Position numbers and translations under genes: made by a program. A stretch of 64,000 bases of DNA from Syntrophorhabdaceae bacterium (lineage in GTDB: Bacteria > Desulfobacterota > Syntrophorhabdia > Syntrophorhabdales > Syntrophorhabdaceae), in the NCBI GenBank assembly GCA_963665295.1, contig OY762209.1:4960001-5024000 (forward strand). Direction: 5' to 3'. The notes under the pieces were generated by a model, which saw only the letters and a program-made list of their open reading frames with translations, made no database searches and had not been told where the DNA came from. Below, in pieces: positions 18,215 through 26,320 of this stretch; positions within the stretch are counted from its first letter, which is position 1, and each line of letters starts with the position of its first letter.

Positions 18215-21160
18215 GTGGCTGAGAAAAGGAAGGCATCTCCCCACCCCAAAGAGGGGACCGCTGAGAAGAAAAGTGCAAATGATTTCCCCATCGTGGGAAT
18301 AGGCGGGTCGGCAGGCGGCCTGGAAGCATTCGCCGCCTTTTTTTCGGTCATGCCCGCCGATAGCGGGATCGCCTTTGTAGTCATCCCCCATCTCGACCCC
18401 GGCCATAAGAGCATGATGACGGACCTCTTGGGAAGGCATACCCGGATGAAAGTGGAGGAGGCAGAGGACGGGGTTATGGTTACACCGAACCACGTCTACA
18501 TCATCCCCCCGAACAAGGATATGGCAATCTATCACGGCGCCCTGCATCTGACAACCTTCTTGGAACCCCGGGGACTGAGGATGCCCATCGATTTCTTCTG
18601 CCGATCCCTCGCCGAGGACCGTGGAGAAAACGCGATCTGCATCATCCTCTCGGGAACAGGGACGGATGGGAGCCTGGGCATAAGCGCCGTTCACGGGGCG
18701 GGAGGCATGTCAATGGCCCAGGACCCGACCGAGGCCAAGTACGACGGCATGCCGAGAAGCGCGATAGAGACCGGCTTCGTCGACTATGTGATCCCCGTGG
18801 AGAAGATGCCCTCCCAGCTTATTGCCTACATGAAGCAGTCCCTCCCGCAAAGAGCGCGAAGAATATTATCCATGCGGGAGAAAGGCACCGCCTCCCTCCA
18901 GAAAATATTCATGACCTTACGCACAAAGACGGGCCATGACTTCTCCGGCTATAAACCGAGCACCATGCACCGGCGCATAGAGAGGAGGATGAGCCTCCAC
19001 GAGATTACGAACATTGATGATTACGCCAGGTACCTCCAGACTAATACGGAAGAAGCGCGGGTGCTCCTCAAGGAATTGCTCATCGGCGTGACGAGTTTTT
19101 TTCGTGAGCCGGAAGCCTTTGAAGCCCTGAAGCAGACCCTTCTGGAGCTTCTCGGGAAGAAAAGCGACGGCTACCAGGTGAGAGTGTGGGTGCCGGGGTG
19201 CGCCAGCGGCGAAGAGGCGTACTCCCTTGCCATAACCTTGAGCGAATGCATCGATGAGCTGGGGAAGGACTTAAAGGTGCAGATCTTCGGCACGGACATC
19301 GATGAAGAGGCCATAAACCGCGCCCGGGCTGGTTTCTATCCCGACAACATATCCTTGGACATATCCGCGGAACGGCTGCAACGGTTCTTTGTAAAAGAAA
19401 GGGGCGGATTGCGGATAAAGAAAACTGTCCGGGAGATGGTAATCTTTGCGGTCCAGAATCTCATCAAGGACCCTCCTTTCACCAAACTTGACCTTATATC
19501 CTGCAGAAACCTCATGATTTACCTGAGCAGCAATTTGCAGGGAAGGATTTTCCCCCTCTTTGCATACAGCCTGAAACCGAAAGGCTTTCTCTTCCTCGGG
19601 TCCTCGGAGAGTATCGGCGGATTTTCCGATCTTTTTTCCACCGCGGATAAGAAATGGAAGATATACGAGAGGAAGGAGACCGACCTCGCGCCCCAGGCGG
19701 TGGCGTTCACAGGGCTCCCGTGGGCCCATGAAGCCGGGACGGGATATATACCCCGGACGGGGGGGACGCAAAGGGGCACGATTGCAGGGGCAGCTGAAAA
19801 AATGATACTGGAGAGCGTCACCCCGCCCTGCGTGGTGGCCAACGACAGAGGCGACATAGTCTATATCCACGGCAGGACGGGGAAGTACCTTGAGCCTGCC
19901 CAGGGTGAGCCGGGTATGAACATCTTCACCATGGCCCGGGAGGGGCTGCGCCCTGAACTGAATGCGGGCTTCATGAGTGCGTCCAAAGGAAAGGCGGTCT
20001 CTTACCGGGGGCTTAAGGTCAAGCAAAACGGCCATTTTCAGTTGGTGAACATGACCGTCTCACCTGTCCATGACCCCGAGATAATGCAGGGGCTGACCCT
20101 CGTGGTCTTCGAAGACGGGAAGGAAACCCGGAGGAGGCATACGGCGAAGGGCGAAGAGACGCCCGGGGCCTCTCACCAGGGTTTTGAGCAGGAGCTTGAG
20201 CATACGAGAGAGACCCTTCGGGCCACTGTCGAGGAGATGCAGGCCACCAATGAAGAACTGAAGTCCTCCAACGAAGAGCTCCAGTCCACGAATGAGGAGC
20301 TCCAGTCCACCAACGAGGAGCTGGAGACCTCGAAAGAGGAACTGCAGTCGGTCAACGAGGAGCTGATCACGGTTAATGGAGAGCTTGAGTCGAAGATCGA
20401 GGACCTCTCCCGGGCCGAGAACGACATGAAGAACCTGCTCGACAGCACGCATATGGGCACAATTTTTCTCGACAACAGCCTGCGCGTCAAGCGCTTTACG
20501 TCCGATGCCACCCGCGTCGTCAACCTCATCGAGGCGGATATAGGGCGGCCGATAGGTCACATCGTCACAAACCTCGATTATGAGGACCTCCTGAAGGACG
20601 CGCAGATGGTCCTCGATACGTTTATATATGAGGAGAAAGAGGTGCACACGAAAGACGGTGCCTGGTTTCTCATGCGTATCCTGCCGTACCGTACCGTGGA
20701 AAAGACAATTGAAGGAGTGGTGATCACCTTCACGGAAATCGATAAATTGAAGAAAGCGGCCCACGAGCTTGAAGAGGCCCATGCGGAGAACGTCGCGCTG
20801 GAGGCGGCCCGGGGTTTAGCTGACGCCATTGTCGATACGGTGAAGGAACCTCTTATTGTGCTCGGGGAAGAACTCAATGTCGTGACGGCAAACCGCTCCT
20901 TTTTGAGCATGTTCCAAACGACGGCGGAGGAGATCAAGGAGAAATCGGTCTTCGATATCGGGACCGGCCAGTGGGATGTGCCCCGGCTCAAAAAACTCCT
21001 TCAGAACCTTCTGCCCACGGATACCCGGATTGAGGGCTTCGAGGTAGCGTATAAGTTCCCGGATCACACGAGGAAAGAATTGCTTCTCGATGCCCGCAGG
21101 ATAGTGCAGAAAGGGTTTCATTCTCCGATGATCCTGGTCGCTATCCGGGAGAAAGGTTGA
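18215..21160 (+). CDS. CheB methylesterase / CheR methyltransferase / PAS fusion protein
   Basis: GIGGSAGG, PHLDP, LSGTGTDG (CheB); VTSFFRE, WVPGCASGEEAYS, GTDID, CRNLMIY (CheR); NEELQS heptad repeats; PAS domains; GTG start. Confidence 0.95.
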   Translation: MAEKRKASPHPKEGTAEKKSANDFPIVGIGGSAGGLEAFAAFFSVMPADSGIAFVVIPHLDPGHKSMMTDLLGRHTRMKVEEAEDGVMVTPNHVYIIPPNKDMAIYHGALHLTTFLEPRGLRMPIDFFCRSLAEDRGENAICIILSGTGTDGSLGISAVHGAGGMSMAQDPTEAKYDGMPRSAIETGFVDYVIPVEKMPSQLIAYMKQSLPQRARRILSMREKGTASLQKIFMTLRTKTGHDFSGYKPSTMHRRIERRMSLHEITNIDDYARYLQTNTEEARVLLKELLIGVTSFFREPEAFEALKQTLLELLGKKSDGYQVRVWVPGCASGEEAYSLAITLSECIDELGKDLKVQIFGTDIDEEAINRARAGFYPDNISLDISAERLQRFFVKERGGLRIKKTVREMVIFAVQNLIKDPPFTKLDLISCRNLMIYLSSNLQGRIFPLFAYSLKPKGFLFLGSSESIGGFSDLFSTADKKWKIYERKETDLAPQAVAFTGLPWAHEAGTGYIPRTGGTQRGTIAGAAEKMILESVTPPCVVANDRGDIVYIHGRTGKYLEPAQGEPGMNIFTMAREGLRPELNAGFMSASKGKAVSYRGLKVKQNGHFQLVNMTVSPVHDPEIMQGLTLVVFEDGKETRRRHTAKGEETPGASHQGFEQELEHTRETLRATVEEMQATNEELKSSNEELQSTNEELQSTNEELETSKEELQSVNEELITVNGELESKIEDLSRAENDMKNLLDSTHMGTIFLDNSLRVKRFTSDATRVVNLIEADIGRPIGHIVTNLDYEDLLKDAQMVLDTFIYEEKEVHTKDGAWFLMRILPYRTVEKTIEGVVITFTEIDKLKKAAHELEEAHAENVALEAARGLADAIVDTVKEPLIVLGEELNVVTANRSFLSMFQTTAEEIKEKSVFDIGTGQWDVPRLKKLLQNLLPTDTRIEGFEVAYKFPDHTRKELLLDARRIVQKGFHSPMILVAIREKG

Positions 21161-21279
21161 GAAGGTATCCGGAGCTTTAGGGCCATGCCGGGCCAGGCTC
21201 ATCCCTAAGATTGTGGGGAACGGCAAGGATCACCACTTAAAACCCGGCATGTCTGTCATCTGATGCTAAACCATCGGTA

Positions 21280-21348
21280 CAGGAAGACATTCTTACCATG
21301 CAACACCTGTGCACCGTAAGCCGTGACGCACCTTCACTATTTCAGCTG
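21280..21348 (+). repeat. Left copy of 69/70-bp imperfect direct repeat
   Basis: CAGGAAG-ACATTCTTACCATGCAACACCTGTGCACCGTAAGCCGTGACGCACCTTCACTATTTCAGCTG matches 25776-25845 with 6 substitutions and 1 indel. Confidence 0.95.
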
Positions 21349-21553
21349 GGGAGGGATCAGGTACGCTCATTGAATTATCATATTCTTGAGAAACAGGGTG
21401 TGCGAAGCCAGCGCTGGTATGACGAGAAAAGAGCATTTAATATTTCACGAACGTCCCTAATGGCCCCCCAAGCGCGGAGTGAATTACGCAAAGAAATCTA
21501 TGTCATACGAGCCGCAACCCATCCCCTCAAGTGCAAACACGGAAGGTAAGCCC

Positions 21554-21582
21554 TTGACAAGGTTTACATTATTTTTAATACT
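21554..21582 (+). promoter_or_regulatory. sigma70 promoter of the 21679-23402 operon
   Basis: TTGACA 21554-21559, 17 nt, then AATACT. Confidence 0.5.
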
Positions 21583-21678
21583 ATCAATGAGGCCACTGAA
21601 AATTCAAAATAGTGAAATTAACCTTTAATGCTCAGATAGCGTGCGGGAATGTTATAGCAGAAATGGAGTCGATCTTTT

Positions 21679-22278
21679 ATGTCTGACAAGAACTTAAGAA
21701 GGCGTTCGCGCCCGGACCAATCCGCCGCTGACCCTAAATCGTCTACGGCAAGATTGCCTTTGGAAAAACTGCACGAACGGCACGAGGGCCTGACGTTCGA
21801 AGTGGCGCAATCTTACATTCAAGCAGCTGAAGTATGCCTTGATAGGCACCACGCCTCTCCTCAAGAGTTCCTCTTGGATGATGATAGGACGGAGAATAGT
21901 ATTTCAGTAGAATGGAGAAGCCCTGATGCCCGTACGAAGCGGGCATGGGCGAATACCGACGATGCCACAAGAGATGGAGCTTATGCTTGTGCGTTGGCCG
22001 CGACTGAGCTTTCCAGAGGTCTTGTGGCGGTCAGTCGTGCGGAGACACTAACCGGAGCGGATTATTACGTTGCGCCTGTTGGTGAGCCCTCTGATGATCT
22101 CGAAAACACCCTTCGCTTGGAAGTGTCCGGTACTGACTCGGACCGCTCGGGCGTAAGATACCGTCTGAGAGGCAAGGTGAGACAGGCTCAAGAGGGAGCA
22201 AGTGATTTACCGGCCCTTGCAGCGGTAGTTGGCTTTAAGGCGCGGCTAATAATGATTCAGACAGTGGAAGAGACATGA
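21679..22278 (+). CDS. Hypothetical protein, putative PD-(D/E)XK-like nuclease
   Basis: 199 aa; GGAG RBS; GADYY...RLEVSG...K..Q pattern resembling restriction-endonuclease-fold motifs (inference). Confidence 0.6.
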   Translation: MSDKNLRRRSRPDQSAADPKSSTARLPLEKLHERHEGLTFEVAQSYIQAAEVCLDRHHASPQEFLLDDDRTENSISVEWRSPDARTKRAWANTDDATRDGAYACALAATELSRGLVAVSRAETLTGADYYVAPVGEPSDDLENTLRLEVSGTDSDRSGVRYRLRGKVRQAQEGASDLPALAAVVGFKARLIMIQTVEET

Positions 22279-23402
22279 CGTGGGCAACGTATCACGGCAA
22301 AAGTATTGATTATGTCAATAGAGCTGAGAAAGCTATTAAACGAAATGATACCGATAGCGCATCAAAATTCTATCGTATGGCAGCCCTAGCCGAGGGCATT
22401 GCCCTCCATAAGCTGGAGCTGACGAAGAAACGTACGCTTGGCATAACAGCAGTCAGCGCGGCGTCGCTGTGGTACAAGGCGCATGACCTAAGAAAAGCAC
22501 AGAAATTGTCATACCAAGCGCTTGCGCTAAGCGGTCTTCCTGATTTTGCTCGGCAACAACTCCAGAAACTGTTACAAACCATATGGAGCGAAGAGTCCCG
22601 TATGAAATCAGGGATCAACTTTACTAAAGGGGAAGTTTTGATCTCCATCAGTGGGGGTGAGGTTGTGACCGGTGGAGCGCCGTTAGACCTTATCCTGACA
22701 AAGGTAGAACAGGTGAGCCGCATGTTCTACCGCACAGTTGAAATGCTGCTCGACCGTCCATTTCGATTGCGAGGTAATCCCCCCGCTGACATTCAAGAGC
22801 AATTTCGCCCATGGCTCTTTCAAACTGAGCCGGGCAGTTATCAGTTCGCCGTTCGTATTGAAAAACCCAAACAAATGGAATTGTTCCCCACTGCTAGAAC
22901 TGAAGTTGAAAGGATTACCGAAAAGTTCATGGATATAGTCAGAGCAAGTACAGACGATCCCAAGGGAGTCTTGCCTGAGATCGTACCGGATATTCAATAT
23001 AGAGACGCATTCATGAGGCTCACACGTAATCTCGCACCGGCAGGCAAGCTGTTCAGTAAGATGGAAATAAAGTCGTCCTCGGTCCCTGAGATGCGCCCTA
23101 TCGAACTTAACCAGGCATCACGAGAGATTATAAGCGAGGCGGTGAAGAAACACAGGGTAAAGGAAAAGAAAGAACAGGCAGAGGAGGTAATACAACTCCG
23201 TGGGACATTACGCGGTTTGCAACTAGATCACGACTGGCTTGAAATAAATGAACATGGAGAACCTCCCAGATCAATCCGCATATACGAGGCAAGCGAAGCC
23301 ATCGACGATGTAGTTGGACCTATGGTCAATCACAATGTTATTGTAGACGTGGCGAGGAAGAGGACTAGATTTGTCTATCGTGATATTCAGATGGAAGATT
23401 AA
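22275..23402 (+). CDS. Hypothetical protein (helical TPR-like N-terminus, possible C-terminal OB fold)
   Basis: 375 aa; ATGA overlap with the upstream gene; Ala-rich amphipathic helices followed by a beta-rich C-terminus. Function unknown. Confidence 0.65.
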   Translation: MTWATYHGKSIDYVNRAEKAIKRNDTDSASKFYRMAALAEGIALHKLELTKKRTLGITAVSAASLWYKAHDLRKAQKLSYQALALSGLPDFARQQLQKLLQTIWSEESRMKSGINFTKGEVLISISGGEVVTGGAPLDLILTKVEQVSRMFYRTVEMLLDRPFRLRGNPPADIQEQFRPWLFQTEPGSYQFAVRIEKPKQMELFPTARTEVERITEKFMDIVRASTDDPKGVLPEIVPDIQYRDAFMRLTRNLAPAGKLFSKMEIKSSSVPEMRPIELNQASREIISEAVKKHRVKEKKEQAEEVIQLRGTLRGLQLDHDWLEINEHGEPPRSIRIYEASEAIDDVVGPMVNHNVIVDVARKRTRFVYRDIQMED

Positions 23403-23460
23403 GTTTCGTTGACCATAGGTGAAGCCCAAGCTTCCCTAGTGCCCCCCAAACAATTAGTTT

Positions 23461-24066
23461 TTATGGAATGTCCCCTAGTGTTCCAGATGGCTGCGCACGT
23501 TCTGCGGCCATGTTGTTCACGTATTCTTCTAAACACGAGGACAAATCCTCGACAAAAGGTTGAGCTTTTTTGTAGATCTCATAGATTTCGCTAGCGTCCT
23601 TTTCGAGAACATACGCTGCAAAATTCTGATGGACTAGTCGATTTCGATCCCGTCCTATTTCGAGAAACGCTTCAACGCTCTCGGTAAACTTAGGTAAATC
23701 CGTTTCACGCTTCCGCATGAACGTCTTGAATCCGTCACCGAAAAGTCTATAAAACTTGTTTGCATTTTTCGTTTCCCATTCAAATAAGCTATGGTACTGT
23801 CTGCTATTGATGACCGTGTTTTTTGCGAATTCCGAGACCACTGTACTTCCTGGCGTATGTTTAGCAAAGAAGAGGAGTAATAAATGGCGTAGTCGATAGT
23901 CAAAATAACTCGCAGCGGCCAAGAGCAAAGATTTTTTAAAATTCTCGTCAGCAGAGCTATAAAGAGATATTTCGCCACGGTCCTTGAGAATTTGTTTTAA
24001 CTCCGTAAGCTCGATAAATAGTCGGTCCACAACCGTTGTTTCCATAAGAATACGCTCCAGCTTCAA
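23461..24066 (-). CDS. HEPN-domain protein (putative RNase; RiboL-PSP/MAE_28990-like)
   Basis: RNRLVH (R-x4-H) at 23629-23646; helical. TTG start overlaps the DUF262 stop; an alternative ATG at 24045 has a GGAG RBS. Confidence 0.75.
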   Translation of the reverse strand: MKLERILMETTVVDRLFIELTELKQILKDRGEISLYSSADENFKKSLLLAAASYFDYRLRHLLLLFFAKHTPGSTVVSEFAKNTVINSRQYHSLFEWETKNANKFYRLFGDGFKTFMRKRETDLPKFTESVEAFLEIGRDRNRLVHQNFAAYVLEKDASEIYEIYKKAQPFVEDLSSCLEEYVNNMAAERAQPSGTLGDIP

Positions 24067-25226
24067 ATGGCGTTTAACAAGTCGCGTGCCCTCTGAATTC
24101 GCTTTGATACGTTCGTGGTTTGAGTCGTTGCTTTCTGTGACGCCGTTACAAACTGCTCGTCTTTTACAACCGATTCAATATACTCCTCTGTCAACGACTT
24201 AAGTGAAAGGTTTTTTGTCTCAATTGCACTTTCACAGGTAGCCGAAAATACAGCCTCAAAAAGCGCAATGTTAAAACGGCGGGTTTTTCTGTTGATGAAT
24301 GCGCCGGAAGGAAGGGCTGATGATGCTCGCAGGAATGCTTCAAAAAGTTGCTCAAGAAAGTTATTTTGCTCTTGACTGTGATTCCGACATTTTCGTGAGA
24401 ACTGGTTCAAGAATTTAACCATGGAGGGAGCGTAGTTTTTGCCCTCTATCAGCAAAGCAAATCCGCGCAAAAGAACTTCAACATCTTTTTGATGCAAGTC
24501 CAGTTCTTCGGATGAAAGAAGCTTCCTCCAGGAGGGAAGTGCATTTATCTTGTAGAGCATACTGTAAAACCGTGAATGATAAAGGCTGGTCCGAATTTCC
24601 TGGGGACGCAAATTAATGCCGCCGGAATTGAGGCGATTAAAAATCTCGTAAATTGAGGAATCATCGTTTGGCGAGTTTTGTTTGACTATAACATTTCTGA
24701 TGGGACGCAATTCAAATTGAGTTTTGTACTCTCCGAGTGTAGCGTAATTCATTCTTTTGAATTTGTTAGGTCTTTCCGGAAGACGCTCAGGTAGCGATAG
24801 TCTGAAATCAGTAAAGTATGAATCGTCAAAAAGTATAGAATCAGGTATCTTGCCATTTTCATCAAATATCGTTCGCAGCTCCACGCGTTTTTCCTTTAGT
24901 GGGAATCTTTTCTTTATGAAATAGTAAATTGACATTAGCCTTTGCTGACCGTCAATTACCAAAAACTTGTTGCGGGCTTCCTCATAGAGAAATAACTGCG
25001 GGACTGGAAGTCCCAATATTAGTGATTCAATGAGCTTCGAGGCCCGAACTGAATCCCACACATAATTCCGTTGAAACCCGGGTATCTTTACGGCGCCGGA
25101 TTCAATGAAACTAAAAATTGTCAGAACATTGAAATCATTTGGGGTGGCAGTTAGATCGTATTCGTCTATTTGAAAATCATCTTCTTGTTCTGCGTAATCT
25201 TCAAACCAATCAAAATCGCCGTTCAT
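24063..25226 (-). CDS. DUF262 (GmrSD N-terminal/ParB-like) domain protein
   Basis: IPGFQRNYVW, LIES...LPVP, VIDGQQRL, IFNRLNSGG signature motifs; GGAGG RBS. Confidence 0.9.
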   Translation of the reverse strand: MNGDFDWFEDYAEQEDDFQIDEYDLTATPNDFNVLTIFSFIESGAVKIPGFQRNYVWDSVRASKLIESLILGLPVPQLFLYEEARNKFLVIDGQQRLMSIYYFIKKRFPLKEKRVELRTIFDENGKIPDSILFDDSYFTDFRLSLPERLPERPNKFKRMNYATLGEYKTQFELRPIRNVIVKQNSPNDDSSIYEIFNRLNSGGINLRPQEIRTSLYHSRFYSMLYKINALPSWRKLLSSEELDLHQKDVEVLLRGFALLIEGKNYAPSMVKFLNQFSRKCRNHSQEQNNFLEQLFEAFLRASSALPSGAFINRKTRRFNIALFEAVFSATCESAIETKNLSLKSLTEEYIESVVKDEQFVTASQKATTQTTNVSKRIQRARDLLNAI

Positions 25227-25411
25227 GAATTCCTCCGAGGCTATGTGCGGACTGATCCAGATACCTCTTATGGCTGTCCACTAGCCTTCACATAGCAGAA
25301 TTGATATTTTACCGTTTGTCTCTGGTTGCGACGAAAACGGGTTCAAGCGAGTGTGGATGCCCTGCAACTATGTCCTGCAATGAGTTCCCACCCGTGTAAT
25401 TCATCCAAACT

Positions 25412-25440
25412 ATTCTGATATTATTCCCCGCTATTGTCAA
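25412..25440 (-). promoter_or_regulatory. sigma70 promoter of the DUF262-HEPN operon
   Basis: Minus strand TTGACA-17-CAGAAT. Confidence 0.55.
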
Positions 25441-25775
25441 TAACATTCTTGGACCGGTGTCCAAGTCCATGGACTTCACTGAAATCCCATTCGAAAGCGA
25501 CCATCCTCTGCTAAGATGTCAAAGCGTGGGCTTCAGGAAGGAGTTCCTCAGGATCAAGCTAATTAAAATCCGCCCTCAATAAGTAGGGCGAGGGAGACGT
25601 CCTTCAATAATTCAATAGCTCTTTTCCCCGCTCTTCTACACTCTCGTCCCGTTCAAAATCCTTTGTTTCATTGTGCCACTGAGCCGAGACAGTGTCAAAC
25701 GAATTTTTGATGTCGAGCATAACCATTACCGCCCGGAACTCAGCATATGGTCAAAAAGCACCCTGGTGTTGCTTT

Positions 25776-25845
25776 CAGGAAGCACATCCTTAACATGCAA
25801 CACCTGTGCACTGTAAGCCGTGGCGCACCTTCACTGTTTCAACTG
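25776..25845 (+). repeat. Right copy of 69/70-bp imperfect direct repeat
   Basis: CAGGAAGCACATCCTTAACATGCAACACCTGTGCACTGTAAGCCGTGGCGCACCTTCACTGTTTCAACTG matches 21280-21348. Confidence 0.95.
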
Positions 25846-25894
25846 CGTCTTATTTTCCCGGCATCCTCAGTTTGAAATAATCGGTTGTGCCGGG

Positions 25895-26118
25895 TCGAAT
25901 AGATGGCGGCATGGCGTGGAAGCTCCAGGTACGTTGGGCTGTGAGGGTGCGTGACCGTCGGCCCCAGCCAAGAAGGATCAGTTGCTCTGTGGCCGGGTAC
26001 CCGCGGTCATGGAACAAACCCCAAAGATTGAGACTCTGTCCGCGGGTGACATCCAGAGGACTCGTACCTTCGCAGAGCGGCGTAGATGGAGTTTTCACGT
26101 TATGCCGCCATCTATCGA
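25895..26118 (+). ncRNA. Candidate structured non-coding RNA of unknown class
   Basis: 25899-25927 pairs with 26087-26115 (29 bp: 25 Watson-Crick and 4 G-U), enclosing nested helices GGUACG/CGUACC, UUGGGCUG/CAGCCAA, CUCUG/CAGAG, ACCCGCGG/CCGCGGGU. Confidence 0.45.
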
Positions 26119-26320
26119 TTACTCTAGAATACGCCTTTCGGCCGCCTCGCCACCGGCTCGCAGCCTTCTCGCCGAACCTACAACGATGCTGCACCGCTCA
26201 GCACTTACACAGGACACCGTTGACCGGCCGCAAGGGTTCCCCTGTCTCAACTTATGTATATATTCCATTGAAAGGGATAGGGACACGGTAGCATCGACGC
26301 CGGTATACCCTCTTCGCCCC

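Larger units (their letters stand above)
21280..25845. mobile_element. Small AT-richer genomic islet (4 genes) bounded by direct repeats; no mobility gene
   Basis: Visible drop in GC and different codon usage relative to the flanks; direct repeats at both ends; cargo of defence-type domains. Confidence 0.6.

Noticed and set aside
20250..20365. 21-bp-period DNA repeats
   Set aside because: They encode the NEELQS heptads of the CheB/CheR fusion and are not an independent repeat element.
21280..26320. Integrase, transposase, tRNA attachment site, integron attC array, group II intron or reverse transcriptase at the islet
   Set aside because: No recombinase, DDE or RT motifs, no tRNA cloverleaf, no attC-type repeats after each gene and no intron domain V were recognised.
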